Source: the human T2T-CHM13v2.0 reference genome, Homo sapiens. Taken from it: DNA of 64,000 nucleotides. The notes beneath the pieces were generated by a model. It saw nothing but the letters and a program-made list of their open reading frames with translations. It was not told the origin of the DNA and ran no database searches. Location of the stretch: NCBI RefSeq assembly GCF_009914755.1, contig NC_060929.1. One strand, given 5' to 3'. Made by a program: the position numbers and the translations under genes. Positions 63,489 to 64,000 of this stretch are shown piece after piece. Position 1 is the stretch's first letter. Every line of letters begins with the position of its first letter.

Positions 63489-64000
63489 GAAAGTTGATTT
63501 TTGTTTATCATTTACTTGTTGCAGATGCTACTGCTGTGTCTATGGCAGACTATCCATAATGTACTTAAATTCTCTCTGCAGGCTAAATGTACGACCAGAG
63601 ACTATTTTCTGCCTGTTGTCCTGGGGAAATCATAAATAGCACCTTCTTTCACTTTCAGTGGTTGGATGATAAATTTTATGGCCACCCTCCCAATTTATAA
63701 GTAAAATTACAAAAAAAAAAAAAAAAAAGAAAGAAAGAAAGAGTGCTAAGGCAAATAAATGTGTCTTGATTCCCCAGCACCACTATAGGGATACAAGAGT
63801 GGCAAAGCATGGATTCCATAAAAATTCCATGGAATTTATGATATAACTGACCAGTTGAAAGGAATAAAATTGATATTAAAAAATACAGATTATAGATAAT
63901 AGCCTCATTTTCTAAGAAGCATGTAACTTGCAGGCCAAAGCTGTTCAACGTGGTGGTTAATCCTAGGTTCTTCAGGAGGACTCCGTGAATGTGAATCTCA

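Overview
Primate (most likely human) AT-rich, L1-dense genomic DNA with no intact protein-coding gene that I can support; nearly all ORFs in the track are decayed L1, HERV9/LTR12, Alu or low-complexity frames. It contains three long + strand L1PA copies (1-5378, 35932-50790, 56038-62250), a 5'-truncated - strand L1PA, older L1M fragments, MaLR/ERVL LTRs, DNA transposons (MER58A, Tigger3a) and Alus. The main structure is a three-level nest: an old L1MA interrupted by a full-length L1PA, which is interrupted by a two-LTR HERV9 provirus (TSD CTTA). That L1PA carries a ~340 bp 3' transduction, shown by a perfect 19-bp TSD. Other structure not explained by repeat annotation: an orphan ~220 bp polyadenylated insert inside an L1, a ~520-bp-arm inverted duplication with multi-template-switch junctions, and templated or tandem local duplications. 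I found no evidence of a novel biological system; the interesting signals are retrotransposition and DNA-repair fossils plus one weak candidate terminal exon. Subfamily calls come from recalled consensus sequences, not from a search, and boundaries of old repeats are approximate.
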